Part shown: positions 53,085-64,000 of the stretch, piece after piece | Layout of the letters: every line of letters begins with the position of its first letter | Numbering within the stretch: position 1 is the first letter of the stretch | Source of the DNA: Mobula birostris | Taxonomy: Eukaryota | Assembly (NCBI RefSeq): GCF_030028105.1 | Contig: NC_092377.1 | Coordinates: forward strand, 98,276,865-98,340,864 | DNA length: 64,000 nt | Direction of reading: 5' to 3' | Position numbers and translations under genes: made by a program | Notes under the pieces: generated by a model | Told to the model about the DNA's origin: nothing | Database searches by the model: none | The model's input: only the letters and a program-made list of their open reading frames with translations

Positions 53085-55480
53085 GTCATAGAGTCATAGA
53101 GCACTATACAGAGACATAGCCCTTTGGCCCATCTAGTCCATGCTGAACTGCTGTTCTACCTAATCCCATTTGGACTATAGCCCTCCCTGCCCCTCCCACC
53201 CATGTACCTATCCAAATTTCTCTTAAGTGTTGGAATCAAACCTGCATCCGCCACTTCCACTGGCAGCTCATTCCACAATCTCGAAATCCTCTGAGTGAAG
53301 AAGTTCTCCCTCATGTTCACCCTTAACCTGTCACCTCTAGTTCTAGTCTCACCCAAACTTAGTGGAAAATTGCATTTGCCCTATTGATACCCTCATAATT
53401 TTGTATACCTCTATCAAATCTCCCCTCATACTCCTACACTCCATGGAATAAAGTGCTAACCTGTTCAACCTTTTCCTACAGCTGAGGTCCTGAAATCCTG
53501 GCAAAATCCTTCTAAATTTTCTCTGTACTCTTTCAAACTTATTGATAGCTTCTGTGTAGGTAGGTGAACAGTGCTGCACACAAAACTCTAAATTAGGCCT
53601 ACCAATGCCTTATAAGCTTCAACATAGCATCCCAATTCCTCTACTCAGTACTTTGATTCATGAAAGCCGAAGTGCCATAAGCTCTCTTTACGATTTTATC
53701 TACCTGTGATGCCATTTTCAATGAATGATGGATCTAAACTCCCTCTGTTCTACTACACTCCTCAATGCCCTACCATTCACTGCATAAGTCCTATCCTCCC
53801 ATGATGCAACTGTCACACTTGTCTGCATTAAATTCCATTTGCCTTTCCTCAGCCCATTTTTCCAGCTGCAAGCTTTGATAGCTTTCCTTGCTGTCCACTA
53901 TGCCCACAATCTTGGTGTCATCCATAAATCTGCTGATCCAGTTTACCACATTATCATCCATATCATTGATATAGACGACAAATGACAATGGACTCAGTAC
54001 CAATCCCTGAGGCACACCACTAGTCACAGGCCTTCAGTCAGAGAGGCAACCATCTACTACTACTCTCTGGCTTTTCCTGCAAGCCCAACATCAAATCCAG
54101 TTTACAATCTCATCCTGAATGTCAAGAGACTAAACACCTTGACCAACCTCCTATGCAGGTCTCTGCTACAGGCCCTGCTAAAGTCCATGTAGACCACTTC
54201 CACTGCCTTTCCTTCATCAACCCTCTCGGTCATCTCGTCGAAAAACATGAGGTATTTTATACACAACCTCCCATGCACAAAGTCATATTGACTATCCCTG
54301 ATCAGGTCCTATCTACCCAAATACTTATATATCCGGTCCCTTAGAATACCTTGCAGTAATTTACCCACTACTGACATCAGGCTGACTGGTCTATAAATTT
54401 CCTGGCTTTTTCTTAGAGCATTTCTGGAACAATGGAACAACATTAGCTATCCAGCACCCATGGTTACGGATGTTTAAGTTTCTCTGCTATGGCTCCTGCA
54501 ATTTCTGCACTAACCTCCCACAAGGTTCAAGGGACACCTTGTCAGGCCTTGGAGATTGATCTACACTAATTTGCTATAAGACAGCAAGCAGCTCCTCCTC
54601 TGTAATTGTATACAGTCCACAACCTCACTGCTGTTGTGCCTCCATTCAATGGACTCTGTATCTATCACCTGAGTAAATACAGATGTAAAAATTCCACTAG
54701 ATTTTACCATCTGTTCCGGCTCCATGCAAAGGTAATCATACTGATCTTCAAGCGGACCAGTCTTGTCCCTTGTTATCCATTTGCACTTAATAGATCTGTA
54801 GAAGCCCTTGGGATTGTCATTCACCTTGTCAGCCAGAGCAGCCTAACTACTTTTAGCCCTCCTAATTTCCCTCTTAAATGGTCTCTTGCATTTCTTTTAC
54901 TTCTTAAGTACCTCATTTTTTCCTTGCGGCCTGTACCTGCTATGTACACCCTTTCTACTTCTTCTTAACCAGGACCTCAATATCCCTTGAAAACCAATGT
55001 TAGTCTTTCCTTTTATTCTGACAGCAACATACAAATTCTGTACTCTCAGTGTTTCACTTTTGAAGGCCTCCCACTTACCAAGCATCCGTTTGTCACAAAA
55101 CAACCTATCCCAAGTGACACTTTCCAGATCCTTTCTGATGCCATCAAAACTGGCCATTCTCCAATTTAGAATCTCAGTTTGAGGACCAGACCAATCCTCT
55201 CCATAACCATCTTGAAATTAATGGAATTACGATCACCTGATCCAAAGTGTTCCCCTTCACGCACTTCCATCACTTGCATTCTCATTGCCCAAGAGACGAT
55301 CCAGTATCACACCCTCTCGAGTTGGAACCTCTGTATATTGATGCAAAAATCCATTTAAGGTTTCCCCATCTCTCTGGCTCCATGCTGTCTTTGAATGTAG
55401 GCTTAACCCCATCTTTCCTCACAACCATCCACTATCTGCGCTGGCACTCTGGTTCCCACTCCCCTACAACTCTATAGGTC
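53085..55480 (-). mobile_element. Degraded CR1 ORF2 to 3' end
   Basis: TSGVPQGLVLSP, FMDDTK, FFTQR, NPKGFY and tail (ctatgact)n. Confidence 0.88.
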
Positions 55481-55821
55481 CACCAGTTCTCACATCTGGC
55501 AATGAGTTGTCCCACATGGGTTGTATTTAATTATGTTAACCTGCTACACTGCTTGTCTTCACTAGTAGCTCTAATTTAAATCTCACTCCCACTTCACCTC
55601 CGGAATTCAGCCTTGTAGTCTATGCACAGACGTGTGTGGAATGAGGTGTGGAGCCAAATGTTCCAGGCAAACTACAAACTGGGCATCGATGACCAGATTA
55701 TTGATACATAAATGCCAATAGATAGCATTGTCAGTGTCATTTTCCAACACTCTACTGATGATTGAGAGTATAAGGTTCGTCCATCGTCATCGATGAAGAC
55801 CTGGACACCATTAGTACTTCT

Positions 55822-55957
55822 AGTGAGGTTGAGTTGCTAGCTCGACACTCAACCCGGCACGGATGGAAAACGTGCCCGGGAGCGGCGCGACTGGATTCGA
55901 ACTGGGGAACCTTCGCTCCTGGAGTCCAGCGCTGATATTACTGCGCCACCAGCCGGC
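55822..55957 (-). mobile_element. tRNA-derived cassette / short SINE inside the ribozyme-headed element
   Basis: A-box-like TGGCGCAGTAA and B-box GTTCGAATCC, followed by the hairpin gttgagt-gtcgagctagca-actcaac. Confidence 0.7.
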
Positions 55958-56285
55958 TATCTTTTTGATGGTGTCGAAACTAGTGCTTGATTTGGATTTA
56001 AGGGAGAGTTGCACAGCGTCAGCCTCACTCTCTCTTCCCAATTCCCATCTGGATCCAGTGGCAAGACAAGAGTTGAGACAGCTGGAGATGGGACTAGGTG
56101 CAGTGGATGACCAGGACGTCTTCTGTGTCTTGTCCTGCTGTACACATTCTACGACGCTTGCAGAGACCGGCTTCTTGACCGTTAGACCTTCCATTAGTCT
56201 TGTCCGCTCAATCCACCGGAGTCTCTCTTCACGTGCTGGGGTAGACATCCCTCTATCTCACTGAAGGTTTGAGACCCATCGGCTA

Positions 56286-56470
56286 CCCTCACCTGGTTTA
56301 GCCGGCTTGTCGAAGCCGTTGCCCGGGGTGTGGCCGCTGTCGCATGCTAACAGCTACCAGGAGCCACAGGTGAGAGCTGAGTGCCAGGTGGGGACCAAAG
56401 GTGGACAAACCGCCTTGAAAAGGATGTGACATGTTCCCCCACCAGAGATGCTACCCCTCCCTGACACCCC
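56286..56470 (-). ncRNA. HDV-like (nested double pseudoknot) ribozyme candidate
   Basis: P1 GGGGTGT/ACACCCC; P2 CTCTCACCTG/CAGGTGAGGG; P3 GGC/GCC; L3 starts TCC; then GG-GCAA; P4 CGGCTT/AAGCCG; J4/2 GCTAA. Confidence 0.75.
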
Positions 56471-56896
56471 ATACACTCCTGATTGACAGTAGATTGATAA
56501 GGAACTAATTGGCAGGGTTGGATTTGTCCTGCTTTGCTGTGAACAGGTGATATAGGGCAATTTTCCTCACTGTCTGGTGGATTCCAATGTCCTATAAGAT
56601 CCGGAGCAGCTTGACTCGAGTCAGGGCTACTTTTGGAGTGCATGTCTTCAGTTCCACAGCTATGCTATTGTTTATTCTGCTACTCCTTGCTGCATCCAGT
56701 TCTGTAACCTTTCCTTGCTGTTACGTGGCGTGAATCGAATTGATTATTATGATGGGGAATATATCAGGCAAAGGGCCAGACAGATGGTGAACTCAGTTCT
56801 TTTGGTTGAAGGTTTTGCGAATATTTCAGCCTTGTCTATAGCACTAGTATGCTGGGCCCTGCTGTTGTTGAAGATGAGGGTTCCCTTGGATCCTAC

Positions 56897-57192
56897 GGCA
56901 TGGTAGCGTAGTGATTAGCGTGATGCTATTACAGTGGCGGTGATCACCAACCAGGGTTCAATTCCTGCAGTTATCCGTGAGGAGTTTGTACTGCATGCTC
57001 AGGTTTTTTCCTGCATTCCAAAGATATACAGTTAGGGTTAATGAATTGTGGGTTTGCCATGTTGAAGCTGGAAATGTGGTAACACTCGTGGGCTGCCTGG
57101 CACTATCCTTGCTGATTTGATTTGACTTAAATGACATATTTGACTCTATGTCTATGTTTTGCTGTACATGTGAGAAATAAAACTAAACTTTT
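56897..57192 (+). mobile_element. V-SINE with Rex-like tail
   Basis: Head 'ggcatggtagcgtagtgattagcg...gggttcaattcc' and tail 'gtacatgtgagaaataaaact'. Confidence 0.75.
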
Positions 57193-57740
57193 AAAATTTT
57201 TAGTAATTAACTGTTTAATTGTCTACCATTATTCAGAGCTAGATGTGACGAGGCTGATTTGGTCTATTGGTTGTGAAATTGCTTAGTTCTATCGATTATG
57301 TACTATTAATACTCTTTAGTGTGCACAGTACTGTATTTGTCAACATGGAGCAGAGAGTGAGTTTGTACACCTGGCGGGAGCAAAGGATGTAGGGACGGCG
57401 AGGATGGAGCACTGCAGGAAGGGTGTGGGACAGGTGGCAGTGAAGGAGAGCCGGGGCGAGGGGTTGTGTGATGGTGCGGGTGCAGACACATCCAGCCCTG
57501 GGACACCAGGCAAGATCATTTGATTCCAAATAGTTGATTATTGATTATTACAGAACGTCTCTCTGGTGCTTCCCGCTCCTTCCCCTCTCCCTCCCCCTTT
57601 TCCCAACCATGACTCTCCTCTCCCTGCCCCCTTCCCACTCTCTGTCCACAGTAGAGACCCATATCGGAATCGGGTTTATCATCACTCACATATGTCAAGA
57701 TTTTTTTTGTAGCAGTGCAGTATAATACAGAAAATTACTA

Positions 57741-57808
57741 CAGCACTATGCAAAAGTCTTAGGCACCTTAGCTACATAAACGTGCCTAAGACCTTTGCAC
57801 AATAGCAT
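57741..57808. mobile_element. Tc1/mariner-type mini-MITE
   Basis: TA followed by TIR cagcactatgcaaaagtcttaggcac, a 15 bp spacer, and gtgcctaagacctttgcacaatag. Confidence 0.75.
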
Positions 57809-59364
57809 GTGCTGTATTGCAATCTCATAAGCTGGCTCCTATCCAGCCCTTCTACACTCTGTATTCAACCAGAGTTGATTTCCTGGCTTGGTAATACTAT
57901 TAGAATGAGAACTATTCTGGGCCTCAAGGTTACAAGTCATGGTACAGTGCATCTTGCTACTGCTGATGCTTTACAGCTTCTCATGGATGACCACTTTTGA
58001 GCTGTTATATCTATTATGATCCTTTCCCATTTAGTGGACTGTATTACTATATAACACAATGGAGAGAGCCCTCAGTGTAAAGATAGGACATTATCTCTAT
58101 AGAAGTGGTCAAGGGCACATAGGTACGTTTGCCACAGGTAGAATGGGAAGGACAGGGTCAAGTCAGTTCATCCTTTCCGTTGGTTCACTTGCTACCTGTT
58201 GCAGACCCAGAACATTGCCTTATCAGTGAATGGTGACCTGACCAAGGCACCAAATCAGCAAGTGTTGATTGCTCAGAGAACTTTGACTCGGGGTTGATGA
58301 GCTCGGCAGAACTTTCAATACAGCCGCTCATTAATAAAATCCTTATTGGTCTGTATTGTCAAAATACTGTAAAGAGTGATTGTTGTGCTGTCAATAAACA
58401 TGCCATTACGCAGGATCAGTAGTCCATGCATTTGGGAGCAATTGGCGATGGAGTATGAAGAGAAAGCAAAGGAAGATGAAGAAGCTGAGGAAAGGGTGAG
58501 ACAATGTTACAAACTCTATTCGCATTGCATTTTCAGCAAAATGACTCCTTTGCGGTTCTGCAGAGAATGAAGCAGTCTATGCCTGTATGCGGCAGAACCT
58601 GGACAATATTCTGGTCTGGGCTAGGAGGGGGTGCTGTATAAATACCAGACAATTTTTATGTACAAAGGTAAGTACATGCTAATTTGTAATCATCTGTCAC
58701 TGACTTCCTCTTGGTGTGATCATCATGTACCAGAACTTACTATAATTCCTGTGGGTACAAGAGTGGTTAGGAGGCTGGGTATCCAACGAAGAGAGGCACA
58801 CCTTCATACTCCCCATAGCCTGTCTATGATCTACAAGGCATCAGTTAGGATTGTAATAGAGTTTTCATCATTTGTCTAGGCGAGTACAGTTTCAAAAGCT
58901 AAAAATTTGGTATAATCCAGAACAAAGACGTTAGTTGATTGGGTTGCCATCCACTATCTCAAACATTCATTTCTTCCACTGTTAATGCAGCAGAGCAGCA
59001 GTATGTTCCAGCCATGCACTGCTGCATCTTGCCATGCCTACCTCGACAGCTCCTCACCAGCTCATGACCTCTACCACTTAAAAATGACAAGTCAGGAAGC
59101 GCATTAGAACATCAACAGTCGCAGGTTGACCTCCTAGCTGCAGACAATGCAGACTCAAAACCCTGGAACCCCATACCCCAATAATCTCTGGGAGTTACTT
59201 ACCGGGCCTATGGTATTCAAGAAGGTGACCCCCCCCCCCCCCACACTCCAACCTTATCAAGTAGAATTAAGGATAGCCGTTAAATGACTTTGGCCAGCAT
59301 GGGTTGCATTCAAAAATGAATGCAAATAAAGAAAAGATATTTACAATTTTAACAGAGTTCCTAT

Positions 59365-59578
59365 TTTGCTGGAGAAACTCAACAGGCCAGGCAGCATCCA
59401 TGGAAAAGAGTAAGCGATCAGTGTTTCAGGACAAGACCTTTCATCAGGACTCTTGGTCTCGGCTCGAAACATTGACTGTTTGCTCATTTCCATTGATGTT
59501 GCTTGGCCTACTGAGTTCCTCCAGCATTTTGTGTGTGTTGCTTTGGATTTCCAGCATCTGCAGATTTTCCCTCGTTTT
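59365..59578. mobile_element. Inverted Penelope pLTR pair with hammerhead core on the minus strand
   Basis: Long imperfect palindrome. Minus strand agtc-CTGATGA-aaggtcttgtcct-GAAA at ~59420-59452. Confidence 0.8.
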
Positions 59579-60284
59579 AGAGTTCCCATTTTGTTTTTCG
59601 TCTCCTGTTTCCCACAAGTTAGAGAGTGGATTATACCTGTATCAAGAATTCAGTGCTTGTTTTTCACTTTGGCCTTGTGTATGTTAGTAATGATATTAAT
59701 TTCATCCCCTGACTTTGATTCCAATGCAGGATGCGTGTCATTGATTGACTTCATTAATGTGCTAATTCAGAATTAATGTGACTGCATAATTAATGTGCAC
59801 AGGCTAAATAAAAGTGGCAGCTTCAGCTGGGTGATGTAGGTCAAAGTAGCTTGATTTGCCAAGGACTAAATATTGAGTTCTTGGTTCTTGGACCAGAGCA
59901 AAAGGATCTTCACAGACAGTGAGGCTTAGCCAAAATTATAAAAGGGGCGTCTGCTGTTTTTGTGAAATTTGGATTCCTTTGTGACTGCATGCATTGACCA
60001 TGAACGTTTTGTTGTCGGACGCTCAAGTCATGTGTGTGTTTACAGATCCTAGTGATGAGCACTGATTGTTTTCAAAGTTGTACTTTTGCTGCTGGTAAGT
60101 TCCTCCATGTCAGAGACTGCTGAAATGTTTTCCTGCAGGCATGATGGATATACAGACCCATGGCTAGATGCACTGAACAAAGAAACTTGGCTGAAATTAC
60201 TGTGGCTAGAGGTCTTGAGACTAAGAATGTTGCCATTCTGTAATTTGTTCAGGAATTGGTGTGGAGAGAACAGTAACATTGTTT

Positions 60285-60800
60285 ATGAGTAACGGTTTGA
60301 CATGGAAACACCAAATTCCAAGATTGGAAAAGGCTAACAGAAGGTGGTGGATACATCACAGGCAAAGCCCTCACCAACCACTGAATACATTTACGTGGAG
60401 CACTTCCACAAGAAAGCATCATCCATCATCAAAGACCCTGACCATCTAGGCTATGCCCTCTTCTCACTGCTACTATCAGACAGGAGGTATAGAAGCCTTA
60501 GGTCCCACACCACCAGGTTCAGAAACGGTCTTTATCATACAACTATCAGTATTCTGAACTGGCATGGATAACTTCAATCAACAGTACTTTGAGCTGTTTA
60601 CACAACCTACAGGCTCACTGTCAAGGACTTTGTAACTCATGTTCTTAGTATTTTTTTTAACTGGCACAGTTTGCCTTCTTTTGCACATTGGTTGTTTGTC
60701 AGTCTTTGTTTATTTACAGTTTTTCATAAATTCTATTGTATTTCTTCCCTGTAAATGCCTGCAAGAAAATGAATTTACTTTGACTTATTTTGACAATTTA
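60285..60800 (+). mobile_element. Rex1/Babar 3' end
   Basis: KASSIIKDPDHLGYALFSLL.S.RRYRSLRSHTTRFRN. Confidence 0.85.
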
Positions 60801-63504
60801 AAGATTTTTTTCTGGTTTGCCCTGTGAAACTAGAAGGCAAGCTGGAGGACACCTATATGTCCTTGGTTAGTGGCACTGGCTGCAAGCCACTCCTTAGACT
60901 CTGCCCAACTGAGAAAACTGAGCCACACTGGGAATGCCAATGAGCCGCAAGCTGCACAAAATTGAATGCGTGTCCTCTGTATGTTCTACTTGATTTTCTG
61001 GGCACTTTGATCTACCATTAGGCATCGTTGTTTTATCACTCCTGTGCATAATGTTGGTCATATGGGTCTAACAAAATGCCTTCGGTACAGGACTCAGCTA
61101 CAGTATACTGTCCACAGTTCGTTCTTCATCTCCTATTGTCGTCCTTTGAAAAGGTACATGTTCCTCCTGTGTCATTTTGCACCAATTACCAAATTATTGC
61201 CAGCCATTACTGATTTTACAGTTTTCAATAGTAACCAGTAAAAAGGTCATTTAAAGCTGATTGCCAAGACGATTTTACATATTTTTCCCTTAAATTTACT
61301 ATCTGGTCTATGGCTGGAGTATATTTTACAGCAAGGTAGAACTCCAGCGTTGCTGGGGGAAGAAAAATCCAGTTCTTATTTCAGCAGCTCCATTTCATGC
61401 TCCAGAAACTTTCTGTTAGCTTTCAACAGATAGTTTTCTACAACTTGAGTATAGAAGTTAATTTGTGCCCCACTGGCAGGACAGAAATTAGCTCCAATAA
61501 ACAGCCATCCCAACCTGAAAATTCATTTGTGGTCATGCTTCTCAGAATAGTTTGAAGAGCGCAAATTATTAAAGTGGCATGAGTGATTTGTGGTTTGACA
61601 TCTAGCTGGATATTTGCTCCTATGTGGACTGGACTTCCTCAGCTTCTGGGTGTGGGTGTCCTTCAGCTGTGATGGACAGATCGCCCACCTGGCTGGCATA
61701 AGGATGGTCCTCGCTGTGCCAGAAGTGATCACGATCTGTCAGCTTGTTGATCAGCCCAGGACGGACATGAGGATGTGAAAAATGTTCGCTGCTCAGGACA
61801 GACCATCAGAGAGCAGAGTCGGAAAAATAATGGCATAATAGAGATGGGGTACAGTATTGATCAGAGTAGAGGGGGCGTTTACTGTGTTTTTGACCATGCT
61901 AAAATCCTGGTACCAACCTCTGTCACCTTGATGAGCATAATTCGTAAAAGAAAGTTGCCATTAATAAATTATTTGGTACATTTTGATGTCTGTCACATTG
62001 CAGCAGCATATCAAGTAGCTGAGATGACATAAAATTGACAGGCAAGCAGTGGTGGCTTATTAACATCATCTCAGCCATAATTGTGTTACGCTCCTGGAAG
62101 ACATTTTGGAAGATATCAATCTTTGTAATACGTTACATTATAGCAATTTTTGACCTTTTTCACGACGTTGGTATGCAGCAAACTTAGGACTTCAAAAGGG
62201 CAGCTTTTGCACCATATGCACAAGAAGTGATGCTGTCTCATGTGATTACACAATACGCATTATGATTTGATTCACTGACTGGTGAAGGAAAATATCTGCC
62301 TCTCTATTTATAATATTGTTAATGCCATGATACAATCCCATAAACTGAGCCTTGAAACACAAGAGCAGGTTGTGATGTCTTACATGTGTTGAGTGCGCCC
62401 CCTTCAGTTTCTGAAGGAAGGTACCGCTATAAACAAAAGGACAGAAAGGATAGATGTGTTACTAAAGTAAAATAACTAGCAGACCTTGATTGGAAACTGA
62501 ATAGATTTTAATCCCTGTGAAGATTTAGTTTGGCAGGTTTATCTTGTGAGCCATTCAAATATATGGCCGCTTGCCATTTCCCAGAACATTCTGTTTGCTC
62601 ACTTCTTCTGTGCGCTGCATAAAAGGGGACATTGTTTGCTGTATTCCAGCAATGGCTGAATTGCCTTGCACTGCGTGTGAATAGGAAACGCTCCCTTTCA
62701 TGACTTAGTGACAGTTGGCGCAAGCACCACAATATCCATGGCAGCAGCCAGCAGCAGTATAAAAATTGATTCTTTCAGCAGTGTTCCATGCTGTAATTGT
62801 GCCCCCAAGACTGAAGCACAAAGCGTGACTTCAGCCCTTCGGTGTGAGTGATGCTCTGTTTAGCAGGCTGTCTGAAAAGGATTGCAGGAATTGCTTGCTT
62901 TGCCAGGCTTTAATGCAACTTGTTGTTCTGCCGGGATACAGTAAATTTCAGTGAAAGAGGTTTAGCCCGTCTTAATTCATTCACTTAGACTGTGTGTGCA
63001 TTTGAAACAGAGGCCATTTCATCCATTGTTTTTCATGTTTTCCATTTTGAAATTAAAAGTAGGCTCTAAAATTTCCAGCACCAACTAAATATTTTTACAT
63101 CATTTTGCATTTAAACGTATTTTTGTTTTGTGACTGCAGTTTATTCATACAAGATTTTATTTTCTCATAGCCATTATTAGTGATTAGTATGCAGGCAGCA
63201 TTTTAATTTGATCGCTGAAAGGAAACAACATGCAAAGATGGGATTTGGCCCATGGATTCTATGCTGGCTCTGTCGAAGTACAATCTAACTACACCCTCTC
63301 CTATTGCAACTCTAGTTTTTGCTTTCCTTTCAACCACTTAGCTTAAATGTTACTATCGAATAGCTACTCCCTTTCTACCAGTCTCTCCGGGACTGCATTG
63401 CAGATCTGAAAAAACTTAAAGTAACTATTTCTTCTGGTTGCTTTGATAATCTTAATCTTTCCACCAATGGTAACAATTCTCCCAAAATGCTCTGACTAGA
63501 ACCT

Positions 63505-63830
63505 TTAGATTTACTTTATTTGTCACACGTACATCGAAACGTCAAAACATACAGTGAAATACATCATTTTGCGCCAATGACTAACACAGTCTGAGGAGTG
63601 TGTTGGGGGCAGCCCGCAATTGTCGCCACACCTCTGGCGCCGACCTAGCAAGCCTCGCTAACTCTAAATCTAACCACATGTCTTAAGAACCTGGAAGGAA
63701 ACCAGAATACCTGGAAGTATGGGGAGAACATGCAAACACCTTACAGACGGTGGCAGGAATCAAACCCCAATCAGTGATTGCAGGTGCTGTAAATCAATTG
63801 CACTAACTGCTACACTACTCTACCATCCAG
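63505..63830 (-). mobile_element. V-SINE with Rex-like tail
   Basis: 'ggaaaccagaatacctggaag...gggagaacatgcaaac', tRNA-like head and tail 'tttatttgtcacacgtacatcg'. Confidence 0.8.
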
Positions 63831-64000
63831 TATTCATTAATGATTTACAAAATACACTGCAGTTGTATACTTTGACTGCTTTGACAGCACCTTCCCAGGA
63901 ATCAAACTCCGATCAGTGATCGCCAGCCTTCATGGTTTTGAAGTTTTTCATCTCACCCCTTCTCAACTTCCTCCGTTGAAATAAGAATAACATCAGTCTA

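Larger units (their letters stand above)
55771..56479 (-). mobile_element. Young non-autonomous retroelement with an HDV-like ribozyme head (probably RTE-dependent)
   Basis: CpG-rich. 12 bp TSD tgattgagagta (55759-55770) / tgattgacagta (56480-56491). No RT ORF. Confidence 0.8.
55640..57260 (-). mobile_element. Ancient CR1-clade RT fragment hosting two younger inserts (related pieces at 57840-58205 minus and 58560-59290 plus)
   Basis: Minus strand gives PVHSKAGQIQPCQL / NPxNxxPISLLS-like RT motifs at ~56490-56620. Confidence 0.55.

Noticed and set aside
55880-55957. Functional tRNA gene
   Set aside because: A/B boxes are present, but the acceptor and T stems pair poorly and there is no oligo-T terminator, so it looks SINE-derived.
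55820-56264. Overlapping 142 aa and 133 aa ORFs
   Set aside because: No recognisable domain. They cross the tRNA-like cassette and are expected by chance in GC-rich DNA.

Overview
Vertebrate non-coding DNA (intron or intergenic) with no host exon I can support. The repeat content (CR1 with ORF1 esterase, Rex1/Babar, Penelope/Poseidon, V-SINEs, Deu-SINEs, fish-type L1) points to a cartilaginous fish, probably a ray; that assignment is inference. Nearly every long ORF in the track is a broken LINE ORF2 or an antisense shadow of one. Highlights: (1) a TSD-flanked, CpG-rich ~710 bp non-autonomous retroelement (55771-56479, minus) whose 5' end folds by eye into a complete HDV-like ribozyme with an extra hairpin in L3, and which also carries an internal tRNA-like cassette; (2) a second, degenerate HDV-like fold at the head of an RTE-type SINE (2314-2412); (3) minimal hammerhead ribozyme motifs in Penelope pLTR copies; (4) a TSD-flanked head-to-tail trimer of an 83 bp pLTR segment; (5) a 27 bp G-rich minisatellite with fold-back ends; (6) several nested insertions with visible TSDs. 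All family calls come from motif recognition, without database searches.
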